A DNA stretch of 64,000 nt from Anaerolineales bacterium (GCA_020630805.1 JAHDIM010000002.1:641-64640), one strand, 5' to 3'. Counted from the first letter of the stretch, positions 1-9,601 are shown. The notes: generated from the letters alone by a model not told the origin. Translations and numbers: made by a program.

Positions 1-748
1 TAACGACTGTAAATCTGGATTGGCCCGGAACACCTTCGTAAGGAACAACGACCCAAAGTTTGCCAAATTCAAGCTTCAATTGAACAACTGGAGCGCCATC
101 CAGCATGCTCATCTTGTCGATAATGACTTTGGTTTGTGAGCCTAGCCGGACGGTTGAGCCATCAGACAATTCAAGCTTGGCGCTGCTGTTTTCGTTGGTC
201 AGAATTTCAGTACCAACGACAAGCCCTACTTCACGTTCAACTTTGATCTGTGACCCTAATGTTTCCGTGTAGATGCTGACATCGCCGCTGACTTCAGAGA
301 GTTGAGCGGTACCGAATTGATCCGGTGGGGCAATTGTTTCTTCGACGAGCGCCTGCGTTGATGTAGGCTGCGGCGTTGCGGTGACAATATCCACCACGCT
401 GAGATTTGGAATTGTTTGTGTTGGCGCTTGCGTCGGAATTAAGACGGCGGTTGGCTCACTTAGCGCTAAGTTGCGGAAGAACCGTTGACCGTTAGGGCTT
501 TCTAAAAACACATAAGTGCCAACTAGGCAACTGCATAGAATAAGCAGGGCGCCAATCAGACTGACGATCACAGCCGGTTCAGTAAAGAGATTGCGACGTT
601 TAGGCGGCGCAGGCGGTGGCGCAAATTCGTCGTCTAAGAATTCGTCGAAATCTGCATCGTGCTCGCTAATTGATTCGTATGCCGCGTATTGAGGTTGAGT
701 GACGTCCGCGTAGGCGCGAATATCGTCTTCGCTGTATTCAGGTTCCAA
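1..748 (-). CDS. FecR-domain-like membrane-anchored protein, partial (C-terminus lies beyond the left edge)
   Basis: The minus-strand frame is open from the window edge to a TTG at 748. GGTGA lies 4 nt upstream and an in-frame stop at 791-793 closes the frame. The translation has an acidic N-terminus, PPPAPPKRR, one TM helix (VIVSLIGALLILCSCLVGTYVF), then LELSDGSTVRLGSQTKVII, which resembles the FecR sensor-domain core. It is absent from the ORF track because it is truncated. Confidence 0.55.
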   Translation of the reverse strand, partial: MEPEYSEDDIRAYADVTQPQYAAYESISEHDADFDEFLDDEFAPPPAPPKRRNLFTEPAVIVSLIGALLILCSCLVGTYVFLESPNGQRFFRNLALSEPTAVLIPTQAPTQTIPNLSVVDIVTATPQPTSTQALVEETIAPPDQFGTAQLSEVSGDVSIYTETLGSQIKVEREVGLVVGTEILTNENSSAKLELSDGSTVRLGSQTKVIIDKMSMLDGAPVVQLKLEFGKLWVVVPYEGVPGQSRFTVV

Positions 749-839
749 CTGGTCACCTAAGCTATTGTGGAGTAAGAGTAAACAGCTTGTTTAGGACTTT
801 TGCTGTTTTTGGAATAGTCGTTTTGTTTGTGCTGTAAAT

Positions 840-1358
840 CTATAATACCAGTAATCCAATCCCAGTTGCTAGTACCAGTCCAAACACAAATCCAACCATA
901 ATGTCGCTGACGTAGTGCACATTCATGGCAACGCGTGCCAGTGCGACAAGCGGCCCCCAAATAATGCCAACGATTGCCAACCAAGGTGGTCCGAGGAAAA
1001 CAGCTAAGAGCATCACCAAGCCAGCACGAGTGGCATGACCCGAAGGGAACGAATGTGGGTCCGTCCTTCGATACACTTCGCCCCAATCGCCTTCTGGGCG
1101 AGGGCGCTTGAAAATTGCTTTGATGCCAAAGACTAAACAAGCAGTCACCACGATAGCGATGCTAAAGACAACGGCGCGGAACTTCCATTCTGCATCACCC
1201 ACAAGCCAAACAATACCGAACACGGGCAGCATAAACCAGCTGTCGCCAGAGTGGGCAAAAAAAGAAGCCAGTGACCGCATAGGTCCCGGCTTTTCTGCGA
1301 CGTTAAGTTTGTCACCCCAACGCTGATCAAATTTGTCTAGCCGTTCAAAAAACGTCAA
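840..1358 (-). CDS. PAP2-family (type 2 phosphatidic acid / undecaprenyl-PP-like) phosphatase, membrane protein
   Basis: 172 aa. All three PAP2 motifs are readable: KRPRP, SFPSGH and ARVAMNVHYVSD. The protein has multiple TM helices. Confidence 0.85.
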   Translation of the reverse strand: MTFFERLDKFDQRWGDKLNVAEKPGPMRSLASFFAHSGDSWFMLPVFGIVWLVGDAEWKFRAVVFSIAIVVTACLVFGIKAIFKRPRPEGDWGEVYRRTDPHSFPSGHATRAGLVMLLAVFLGPPWLAIVGIIWGPLVALARVAMNVHYVSDIMVGFVFGLVLATGIGLLVL

Positions 1359-1369
1359 TTTAGTGTTTC

Positions 1370-2149
1370 CTAAGTGGTAGGCGCAAGCGTGTCGCGCGCA
1401 ATGTCATATTGATAAGGTTTGTCTACATCCATGCCGACTTCAGCATGGGGGCAGATTACAAATTTTGTTTTGAGCTCAAGCCGTTTGTGAATTTCAAGCT
1501 CGCCGCGCTCCGTGGTCATTTGGCGGGTCAATAACAAGATTGCCGGCCAAATCCCGGCTAGGCGGGCTTGTTTGAGAACGCTTTTCCGGGCGGCGGTGAT
1601 TTTTGAAATTGCAGGATGCAACCCATTGGCAACTTTGACATCAAAGACATTGATATCACCACCGCAAACTTCGCGGTTTTTGAGCTTGGTAAACGTGCGG
1701 CGCGAATTTGGAAAACGCGCTTCCATGACCGGCTTTTCAATCAAAGTGTAATACAGTTCGTATTGCTCATCCGTACATTGATCGATGACCCAATCTAGCA
1801 TGTCGGTTGAGATCATGGGAATGTCTGCACTCACCCAAACAACCTGTTCCTGATCTGGATTGAGCTTACCAGATTCGGCGGTTGCGTTGTTCGCGTTGCT
1901 AAACAGTCCTCCCATGTCTGGCAAGAAATGCATAGGTTTGCCATGACTATTTAGATTGTGGTCTTCCGTTAGACCCACAATTAAGATCTGATTGACTTTT
2001 TCGCTGGCTGCGACAGCATCTAGCACCCAGTCCACCATGCGCTTGCCGCCAATTTGCAGCAACGCTTTGGGTTGCCCGACTGTTCCAATTTCAGCCAGTG
2101 GGTCGTCGGCAGTAATCGCGCCACCAGCGCCAATGATTGCGTTTAACAT
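1370..2149 (-). CDS. MobA-like / NTP_transf_3 nucleotidyltransferase family protein
   Basis: 259 aa. The N-terminal IIGAGGA...KALLQIGGKRMVDW pattern is typical of MobA-like sugar or cofactor nucleotidyltransferases. The gap to the upstream gene is 3 nt. Confidence 0.7.
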   Translation of the reverse strand: MLNAIIGAGGAITADDPLAEIGTVGQPKALLQIGGKRMVDWVLDAVAASEKVNQILIVGLTEDHNLNSHGKPMHFLPDMGGLFSNANNATAESGKLNPDQEQVVWVSADIPMISTDMLDWVIDQCTDEQYELYYTLIEKPVMEARFPNSRRTFTKLKNREVCGGDINVFDVKVANGLHPAISKITAARKSVLKQARLAGIWPAILLLTRQMTTERGELEIHKRLELKTKFVICPHAEVGMDVDKPYQYDIARDTLAPTT

Positions 2150-2152
2150 GGA

Positions 2153-3052
2153 TCAGTTCAACTTTACAATTTCTGGCACAAAGCCAAGTTCGTCAAGTAG
2201 TGCATCGAGTTCGGCGTGCGTTAGTTCGCGCCCTTTTCCTGACAGTGCAATGAGCGCGGCTTCCATCATGTTGGTGCCAAAGGTTCGTCCGTCAAGGCTC
2301 ATGGTGCCCGTGACTAGATAGGCGACACCGCGTTGACGCAGCAATTCCACATCTTCGGGTGTGATGGTATTGGTGACAATGACCTTGCCTGACAGATCAT
2401 CCGGCATATTGCGTTTGATATACAGCCAATCTCCAGCAACGATGGCATTCTCTTGATAGTGCCGCTCATACTTTGGCACAATCTCTTCCTGTTTCTCACC
2501 AGTCGGATACAAAATGCTCAATGGTAGTCGGCCTGCAATGGGCATTAGTAACTTTGCCGCGCGGTTGACAGCGCCAATGCTGTGTAATGGAATTGGAATG
2601 TCGAGCCCGGTCATCAAATCGCCAAAGGTGCAGTTGTACCCACGGTCTACAAAGGACATGGTCATCCCGTAGCGTGAAATTCCGTTGACAAGGTAAACGC
2701 TCTTGTCTCGAATGGCAGCACCAATTTCAGCTTCGACGTGGCTCAAAATGCGTGCCTCAAGCGTTTCGCGCAGACCACCGCCGTCTACAACTGGGGTCTT
2801 AGAGACGCCAGTAATCAATTTGTGGGCGGCATGCAGCGGATAGTTTTTCCAAGGGGTATAGATGTAGAGATCAATGCCGCCGACGCCAAATGCATCGGCA
2901 ACGCCATCTAGTTCGGAGAACGTTTTGCGGGCAAGGGCTTCATCGCCGTCGACGCCAATGCGTTCGATGCGAATTTGCTCGCCAAGGAGATTGACTTCAA
3001 CAGCCTTGTCGCGGGTTTTAGAGCCCAGACTGACGCTTACAGCGCGTTTCAT
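2153..3052 (-). CDS. Conserved uncharacterised protein (homologues often carry an unverified database label of quinate 5-dehydrogenase-like)
   Basis: 299 aa in a long clean ORF. It overlaps the upstream gene by 4 nt. I can read no catalytic motif with confidence. Confidence 0.6.
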   Translation of the reverse strand: MKRAVSVSLGSKTRDKAVEVNLLGEQIRIERIGVDGDEALARKTFSELDGVADAFGVGGIDLYIYTPWKNYPLHAAHKLITGVSKTPVVDGGGLRETLEARILSHVEAEIGAAIRDKSVYLVNGISRYGMTMSFVDRGYNCTFGDLMTGLDIPIPLHSIGAVNRAAKLLMPIAGRLPLSILYPTGEKQEEIVPKYERHYQENAIVAGDWLYIKRNMPDDLSGKVIVTNTITPEDVELLRQRGVAYLVTGTMSLDGRTFGTNMMEAALIALSGKGRELTHAELDALLDELGFVPEIVKLN

Positions 3053-3849
3053 ACGTCAGCTTCAGGGAATGGCGCAACGTCACTAACCACATGGTCTGCA
3101 ACTGGCATTTCCGCCAATTCTTCTGGCTGATCAAACCCAATGAGGTCGTGCAAAATGGAAAGCAAGACGTAGATGTTAGGGAATGAGCTCAGCCGCAGTT
3201 TCATCAAGGGTTGGACAACTGCTTTTTGTCGAATAATCAGCAAACCGTCTTTGATGGCGACTGGCGCTAACGCATGCCATGGCACTTGGATCGAGTCTTT
3301 TTGCAAACCGCTTTGACGCAGCGTCAGTGAGCCAAATGAAATGGGTTGTCCGTTTTCAAACTTCGCCTTGTTGATTTGATACTGATGATTAGTGACATGC
3401 TTTTGAATCGAGATGCCTAGTTTGTCGACACCTGGTAGGCGATTGTCGATGATGTAAGGGCCGTTGGACTTGGTCTTGATGCGGTATGAATACAGCATTT
3501 CGGTGCCGGTTGGCGCGTTGACCATTTGTTCAACTTCTTCAATTTCGTCCCAAGCAATGGTTTCTTGGCGCTTGCCTTGTCGAATAACCATCCCTTCGAG
3601 GTATTCAAATACATGAATATCGCGCCAGGACCACCAGTTGAGCAATGCCCAAATGCCACAGACCGCCGCAAGAGGTCCGAGGATCATTGCGGGGCGCATC
3701 TGGTTGTAGACAAAGCTGCGGTAAGACAGGATGCCAAGAAAGCTAAGCCCAATGCCTAGCAACATAAAAAACAACCCCAGTAGCAGCCAGAATCGGATGC
3801 GGGCACTGGAGGTATGGTATTCCGCCAAAGGCGTTTGCATGTCACTCAT
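3049..3849 (-). CDS. Membrane protein with two N-terminal TM helices and bacterial-PH-like (YdbS/YdbT-like) soluble part
   Basis: 266 aa. It has hydrophobic segments FWLLLGLFFMLLGIGLSFLGIL and ILGPLAAVCGIWALLNWW. It is the first gene of a tightly packed four-gene minus-strand unit. Confidence 0.6.
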   Translation of the reverse strand: MSDMQTPLAEYHTSSARIRFWLLLGLFFMLLGIGLSFLGILSYRSFVYNQMRPAMILGPLAAVCGIWALLNWWSWRDIHVFEYLEGMVIRQGKRQETIAWDEIEEVEQMVNAPTGTEMLYSYRIKTKSNGPYIIDNRLPGVDKLGISIQKHVTNHQYQINKAKFENGQPISFGSLTLRQSGLQKDSIQVPWHALAPVAIKDGLLIIRQKAVVQPLMKLRLSSFPNIYVLLSILHDLIGFDQPEELAEMPVADHVVSDVAPFPEADV

Positions 3850-3952
3850 CGGGCCTTATTGTAGCAAAGGTGAGGGTGGTTTTTATAGTGGCAAAGTTGC
3901 AGTGTTTTACAGTCCATGCGCTGTTGCTTGCACCGTGATTGTTGTAGCGAAA

Positions 3953-4933
3953 CTAGGCGCTAATTGTTGACAACTTTGTCATTGCTGATTCTTCTAGGTC
4001 GGCAAGTTGGTGCAGTAGCGGCACAACACTGTTTAGGGATGCTATGCCATTGTCAGGAACTGCCATAAAACCGTTTGCAACCGCCGTCCAAAGTGGGGCA
4101 GCTTCGGCAATTTCGTCGCGTGCTGCTTCAAGGTTCGGGTGTTGCAAATGTTCCATTGCTTCTGTTAGGAAATCACGGTAGAAGTTTCGGAACAAGGCGC
4201 CACCAGTGCCAGCGTGTTCCATCAGCATTCCCATTGTGTAGAACTCATTGGGCGCAACTGTTTCGACCCAGGTGGGGAGCACTTTTGCTGTTTTGCGAAT
4301 TCCTTTTGCGCCTAAATTGTGAATTGGCGGATTGAGATACGTCTCGGCATTGTTGACAATGGCAGCTTGAATAACGGCTGGCCAATCCATTGATTTGTTT
4401 GGAACGGTAATGGTCCAAGTCTGCCCATTGGGTGCCATTGAACCTTTCCAGAGGCGTCCTTCGGCAAACTTTTCACGATCCGTTTTCATCACGCTGCCTT
4501 GCTGTGACGTATCTGCGACGTAGACAAAGTCATCGTCATACCCGTGCATTGCAACATAGTGTCCACCAAAATGGATTTTAGTTGTGAAATAGTCCAGATA
4601 GTAACAATCGACCCGTACAGCAACGGGCTGTCCGGCATCAATGAAAGTGGCGACGTTTTCCCAAGCGCGTTTCTTGGAGCTTGTTTTTCGAAAATCTAGC
4701 TCAAGGTCAAGATTGCGTGCTAGGGTTTCGGTGAGTTCATTGGGCCGTGGACGACCGCCAATAAATGGTGCTGGCATGCTTTTGAAATTGAACATGCCAT
4801 AGCTCAATCCTTCACCCAGACCAAATAACATCGGCTCGCTAAGCTCGAAGCCAGCATGCTTTAGCAAATTGCCAGTCGCATTAGTTTCACAATGCATGCC
4901 CGGAAATGGAACGAAATTTTCAACCTGGCTCAC
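3953..4933 (-). CDS. BtrH_N (peptidase-C39-like) / DUF4872 family protein
   Basis: 326 aa. The N-terminal FPGMHCETNATGNLLKHAG matches the conserved Cys motif of the butirosin BtrH N-terminal domain family. The GTG start overlaps the padR stop (GTGA). Confidence 0.7.
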   Translation of the reverse strand: MSQVENFVPFPGMHCETNATGNLLKHAGFELSEPMLFGLGEGLSYGMFNFKSMPAPFIGGRPRPNELTETLARNLDLELDFRKTSSKKRAWENVATFIDAGQPVAVRVDCYYLDYFTTKIHFGGHYVAMHGYDDDFVYVADTSQQGSVMKTDREKFAEGRLWKGSMAPNGQTWTITVPNKSMDWPAVIQAAIVNNAETYLNPPIHNLGAKGIRKTAKVLPTWVETVAPNEFYTMGMLMEHAGTGGALFRNFYRDFLTEAMEHLQHPNLEAARDEIAEAAPLWTAVANGFMAVPDNGIASLNSVVPLLHQLADLEESAMTKLSTISA

Positions 4934-5475
4934 GCTGTCGTCTCCTCTAACTGTTGAATGGTGTCAGCAAGCCAATTTAGTTGGGCGGTAACGATGGTAA
5001 GGCTGTACTGATACATCATCGTTACATGTGTAGGCAGTGGGGCGCTGGATTGTGCTGCTTTGAGGTCAGCCAGCCGTTCTATAAGTCCAGCTTGGTGTTG
5101 CTTCAGTGCATCTACTGCGTCATCCGTGCTCAGGCTCGGTAAATTGGCGAGTCCAAGCTGTACGGGGGGATAAGCACGATGCGGCGTGCTAAGCGCCTTA
5201 ATTGTTGCTGCTTGGCACGCTTGCTTGCCTGCCTCGGTCGCTTCATAGATTTTGCGAGCTGGGCCGCGACCGGCTACAACTTGCGTTTGGCTTTGCACAA
5301 AGCCTGACTTTTCCAATTTCTTGAGTAAATAGTAGATCGAGGAAAAACCGACTTCGGTCCAATTGCGCATGCCACGCTCTTCAATTACCTGTTCAATCTC
5401 ATACCCATGACGGGAGTGTTCAACAATCAGGCTTAGGATTGCAAATTCAGCGTTCGTTATTTTATAGTCTGGCAT
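4930..5475 (-). CDS. PadR-family transcriptional regulator
   Basis: 181 aa. The winged-helix region AILSLIVEHSRHGYEIEQVIEERGMRNWTEVGFSSIYYLLKKLEKSGFV is typical of PadR. Confidence 0.85.
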   Translation of the reverse strand: MPDYKITNAEFAILSLIVEHSRHGYEIEQVIEERGMRNWTEVGFSSIYYLLKKLEKSGFVQSQTQVVAGRGPARKIYEATEAGKQACQAATIKALSTPHRAYPPVQLGLANLPSLSTDDAVDALKQHQAGLIERLADLKAAQSSAPLPTHVTMMYQYSLTIVTAQLNWLADTIQQLEETTA

Positions 5476-5479
5476 AATA

Positions 5480-5499
5480 ATATTCTATAACTAGAATAT
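5480..5499. promoter_or_regulatory. Candidate PadR operator: inverted repeat ATATTCTA-taac-TAGAATAT overlapping a -10-like TAGAAT
   Basis: Perfect 8-bp arms lie 5-24 nt upstream of the padR ATG (5475). On the minus strand, TAGAAT (5487-5482) sits 6 nt from the ATG. Confidence 0.45.
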
Positions 5500-5617
5500 A
5501 TAGCAAAGTTAGTAGATTGTGAAGTGCCAAGACCAATTGAAACGTGGAGTAAGTGAAGTTGGATACCACCGTGCAACAGCTCGATTTTCTAAGCGTTACA
5601 CGGTGGGTTGAAGTGTC

Positions 5618-7426
5618 TTAGGCCGCAGTTGCGTCTTCCCAAGGCTTGTAATCTAACGATTGATGGCGAAAATAGGTGTTATAGAGTTCAGCGTAGTGCC
5701 CACCTTGTTCAATCAATTGCTTGTGACTGCCTTGTTCAATAATGTCACCTTGCGACAGCACAATAATGCGGTCCGCACTGCGAACTGTTGAAAGACGGTG
5801 TGCAATTAGAATGCTCGTCCGGCCTTTGAGAACAAGATCCAAAGCCTCTTGAATTTGGGTTTCCGTGAACGGATCAATACTGGCCGTGGCTTCATCCAGA
5901 ATGAAAATTGCAGGATTTTGTACAAGCACACGCGTTAGTGCGACTAACTGGCGTTGCCCCATGGAGAGCCGTCCACCGCGTTCGCCAACGTCACTGTTTA
6001 GCCCATTCGGTAGAGTTTCTAGCCATTCGCCATTCCCAATTTGATGCGCAACGCGTTCGATCTCAGCGTCACTAGCGTTTGGTGATCCATAGCGGATATT
6101 GTCTGCTACGGATCCTGAGAAAAGGAATGGCACTTGTGACACAATGCCAAGCTGTTGCCGATAGGCTTGCAAGTCAAAGCTCCGAATATCAGCGCCATCG
6201 ACGCGTAAGATGCCACCTTGGAACTCATAGAAGCGTGAAATCAGCTTTGCTAGCGATGACTTGCCCGCGCCAGTGTGCCCGACTAACGCGATACTTTCAC
6301 CCGGTTTGATGTCGAGTGAGAATTGATCCAAGATGCGCTCTTGTTCTGTGTAGCGGAAGTCAACGGCTTCAAATTCGATGTGGCCTTTGAGACGTGGGGG
6401 GTGATCACTCGCAGTTTGCTTGACAGTTGGCTCTGCGTCAATCAAGGCAAAAATGCGCTCAGATGCGGACAGCCCACCTTGGAACTGACTCCAAAACGAT
6501 GAGATTTGGATCATTGGGAAGAAGAAGCGGTCTACCGTGTTCAAGAACAGAAACCATGCCCCGGCCGTAATTGATCCGGCACCAACGGCTAACCCACCAA
6601 ACCAAATGAAGGCGGCAAAGGCGGTGGCAGACAGCGTGCTAAGCACAGGGAAAATGGTAGCGAACAATGTGCCACGTTTGATGTTCACGGCATAAGAGTC
6701 GCTGTTGACGTTGTCAAATTCATCGTAAAGCGTGGCTTCTTGGCGGAAGTTCTTCGCAACGCTAATCCCTGTAACAGCTTCTTGGATAGCGGCGTTTACA
6801 TTCCCAATCGCACGGAAGCCGCGGCCAGTGATGCGGCGGGCAGCTTTACGCCACTGTTGTGCGACAACCACAATGACAGGGCACATCACAAACAAAATTA
6901 CGGTAAGCAGCGGTGAGATGCGTAGCAAGACTGCTAACAAAATCACAATCACTGCAATTTGATTGAGAATATCGCCAACCAAGCGGAGGACGTTCCCGAA
7001 CTCTTGAGTGTCTGACGTAATCCGCGAAATGATGCGGCCAGAAGAGAACGAGTCATAAAACGACATGTCGCGTTCGAGGGCTGCTTCGAAGGCGTCGTTG
7101 CGCATGTTGAGCACAATGTTTGCACCAGCCTTTGCAAACCAAATTGTGCGCAAGTAATTCAAACACCAAATACCAACGCCTAATCCAAGGAAATAAAGCG
7201 AGTATTCGGTGAGTGGAATTTCCTCACCCCGTTCAATGATTTCGACAACTTCACCGGCCAAAATAGGCAAGATTGCCTGTGCGACTGCGGTAAGTGCGAT
7301 AACAACGCCAGTGCGCACAAATAATCCGCGTTCGCGGCGCATATAGCTCCCAATCCGGCGAATGAGGTCGCGGTCGCTATATTGACGATCATAGTCTTCT
7401 GCGTTGAGGTTACCAAAGAAACTCAT
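5618..7426 (-). CDS. ABC exporter, fused permease/ATPase (type I exporter half-transporter)
   Basis: 602 aa. It has a six-TM N-terminal half, Walker A GHTGAGKSS, signature LSMGQRQ, and Walker B IFILDEATAS. Confidence 0.9.
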   Translation of the reverse strand: MSFFGNLNAEDYDRQYSDRDLIRRIGSYMRRERGLFVRTGVVIALTAVAQAILPILAGEVVEIIERGEEIPLTEYSLYFLGLGVGIWCLNYLRTIWFAKAGANIVLNMRNDAFEAALERDMSFYDSFSSGRIISRITSDTQEFGNVLRLVGDILNQIAVIVILLAVLLRISPLLTVILFVMCPVIVVVAQQWRKAARRITGRGFRAIGNVNAAIQEAVTGISVAKNFRQEATLYDEFDNVNSDSYAVNIKRGTLFATIFPVLSTLSATAFAAFIWFGGLAVGAGSITAGAWFLFLNTVDRFFFPMIQISSFWSQFQGGLSASERIFALIDAEPTVKQTASDHPPRLKGHIEFEAVDFRYTEQERILDQFSLDIKPGESIALVGHTGAGKSSLAKLISRFYEFQGGILRVDGADIRSFDLQAYRQQLGIVSQVPFLFSGSVADNIRYGSPNASDAEIERVAHQIGNGEWLETLPNGLNSDVGERGGRLSMGQRQLVALTRVLVQNPAIFILDEATASIDPFTETQIQEALDLVLKGRTSILIAHRLSTVRSADRIIVLSQGDIIEQGSHKQLIEQGGHYAELYNTYFRHQSLDYKPWEDATAA

Positions 7427-7428
7427 GG

Positions 7429-9198
7429 TTAGGCTTCCCCCTCAAAGCGTTGGAAAATGCGGCCGTAGGCAGCAGAGGTTTTGATCAGGTCATCATGGCT
7501 ACCAGCGGCCACAATTTGGCCGTGCCGGAGCACTACAATTTTGTCAGCCCATCTAATTTGTGACAGCCGATGTGTGATCAGCAAAGTCGTTTGACCTTGG
7601 GAGGCTTCGCGAATTGCCCGTTGAATTTGGTCTTCAGTGGCGCTGTCAATTGCGCTGGTTGAGTCATCCAAAATAAGAATGCGCGGTTTGACCAGAAATG
7701 CGCGTGCTAATGCAATCCGCTGACGTTGACCACCGGAAAGCGTGACGCCACGTTCCCCAATCACGGTTTCGTAACCATCTTTGAAGCCGCTGATGAAGTC
7801 ATGTGCTTGGGCTTTCTTGGCCGCGTCTTGGATCATCTCTGGCGTTGCATTTGGATTCCCAAAAGCAATATTGTCTGCAATGGAGCGCGAGAACAAAAAG
7901 ATGTCTTGTTCAATAATCGAAACTTGCTGTCGTAAGGACGCCATATTCCAGTCGCGCACATCAACACCATCGACGAGGATGCGACCATTGCTTGCGTCGT
8001 AAATCCGGTTGACAAGTTTGACGAGGGTAGTTTTACCTGTCCCTGTCTGGCCCACAATTGCAACAGTCTCGCCAGGTTGGATGTTCAGGTTTATCTCTTT
8101 CAACACTTGCACTTCAGGCACGTAGCCAAAGCTGACATTTTCAAAGGTGATGGCCCCTTGAATTTCAGCGTCGTGCCCGTCTGTGTTCTGATCTAACTCC
8201 GTTTCTTTGTTGATAAGCTCTAGAATTCGCTTTGCGCCTGCTACGCCAAGGGCCACTTGGGAGTAAGCAAACAGGGACACAAAGACCGGAAAACCAAACA
8301 ACCCTAGCAACAGCATGTAGTCTGGAATGGCCCCAATTTGCACTTCTCCAAGCTGGTACAAACGGGTCACGCTCCAAAAGCCGACTGCATTCGCGATCCC
8401 AAACATCAAGAGCGGGATGTAGCGAGCTTCCACCATACTTTGACCCACCACAGCATCTCGATAGGCAGTTGCATTGGCGCGGAAAAGAGCCATTTCGTTT
8501 GGCTCTTGGGCTGTTCCTTTGACAATCTCAATACCATCAATGGCTTCTGCAAGTCGCGCATTGAGTTGTCCAAAATTGGAACGTGCGCGTTCTGCCAGCG
8601 GGGCAAGTGAGCGCAAATAACGAACCAGTGCCAAGATATACAAGACTGTGAATACGGCTGGCAAAATCATCAGCAACGGGTGGATGCGCAGTGAAAATAT
8701 GATTGGCATGATGAGGAACATGAACGACCCAATCACCAGATTTAGTCCAGGATTTGCCAATAAGTTGATCTCACGCACGTCATTGGTTGCCCGTGCCATG
8801 GTGTCGCCAACAGGGTTGAGGTCATGAAAGGTCATGCTTTTGCCAACAAGTTCACCATAGAATTCGTCCCGCATGTCACGTTCTAGACGTTGTCCAACGA
8901 CTTCTGCTGAGAAGTTGCGCAAGAACTGTAGACAGGCGCGAATCAGTTGACTTCCAAGGAGCGCTGCCGCAGCCCAACCGACCGTCGTGTAGTCAGGCGA
9001 GTCATTCAAGACGACTGCATTGAATGCAACCCCAATACACCACGGGACTACTGCTGCTAAGGCTGCATTTGAAATGGCCCCGATAAAAATACCGCCAAAC
9101 GGCACGATGTTGCGACGAATATGCGAGGCAATCCAACGCGCGGCAGAAGATCGGTTGGTGTTGTACGCTTTGTCAATTGAGAATTCAGAAATTTGCAT
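7429..9198 (-). CDS. ABC exporter, fused permease/ATPase (partner half-transporter)
   Basis: Walker A GQTGTGKTT, signature LSGGQRQR, Walker B ILILDDSTSA. Only 2 nt separate it from the downstream partner. I prefer the ATG at 9198. The ORF-track start at 9219 is a TTG and would overlap the upstream VOC gene by 35 nt. Confidence 0.88.
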   Translation of the reverse strand: MQISEFSIDKAYNTNRSSAARWIASHIRRNIVPFGGIFIGAISNAALAAVVPWCIGVAFNAVVLNDSPDYTTVGWAAAALLGSQLIRACLQFLRNFSAEVVGQRLERDMRDEFYGELVGKSMTFHDLNPVGDTMARATNDVREINLLANPGLNLVIGSFMFLIMPIIFSLRIHPLLMILPAVFTVLYILALVRYLRSLAPLAERARSNFGQLNARLAEAIDGIEIVKGTAQEPNEMALFRANATAYRDAVVGQSMVEARYIPLLMFGIANAVGFWSVTRLYQLGEVQIGAIPDYMLLLGLFGFPVFVSLFAYSQVALGVAGAKRILELINKETELDQNTDGHDAEIQGAITFENVSFGYVPEVQVLKEINLNIQPGETVAIVGQTGTGKTTLVKLVNRIYDASNGRILVDGVDVRDWNMASLRQQVSIIEQDIFLFSRSIADNIAFGNPNATPEMIQDAAKKAQAHDFISGFKDGYETVIGERGVTLSGGQRQRIALARAFLVKPRILILDDSTSAIDSATEDQIQRAIREASQGQTTLLITHRLSQIRWADKIVVLRHGQIVAAGSHDDLIKTSAAYGRIFQRFEGEA

Positions 9199-9601
9199 AA
9201 ACAGGTTTGGTGATCTCAAGTAGGTCCCACTGGTTACCGTATAAATCTACGAATACGGCAACGGTGCCATAGTCAGCGACTTTTGGCTCGCGGATGAACT
9301 TGATGCCTTTGGCGAGCATGGCATTGTAGTCGCGCCAGAAGTCATCGGTTTGTAGAAACAGGAATACGCGGCCGCCAGACTGCTGTCCAATAAACGGCTC
9401 TTGCTCTGCCTTTGAGGCGCGGGCTAACAACAGTGTAGCGCCGTTATGATCGCCCGGCGGTCGGACTGTGACCCAGCGCTTGTCTTGTTCGGGTTGGTAA
9501 ATGTCTTCAACCAATGTGAAATTTAAGGTGTTGCAATAAAAGTCGATCGCTTCGTCATAGTCGCGAACCACTAACGCAACGTGCAATAGCCGCTGTCTCA
9601 T
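9185..9601 (-). CDS. VOC / glyoxalase-bleomycin-resistance family protein
   Basis: 138 aa. It begins LLHVALVVRDYDEAIDFY and ends DLYGNQWDLLE, the typical paired beta-alpha-beta-beta-beta VOC pattern. Confidence 0.8.
   Translation of the reverse strand: MRQRLLHVALVVRDYDEAIDFYCNTLNFTLVEDIYQPEQDKRWVTVRPPGDHNGATLLLARASKAEQEPFIGQQSGGRVFLFLQTDDFWRDYNAMLAKGIKFIREPKVADYGTVAVFVDLYGNQWDLLEITKPVYANF

Noticed and set aside
757-1140. 127-aa minus-strand ORF, plus small ORFs at 1108-1326 (plus strand) and 1145-1330 (minus strand)
   Set aside because: They lie entirely inside, or out of frame with, the PAP2 gene (840-1358), whose three catalytic motifs are unambiguous. They have no motifs of their own.
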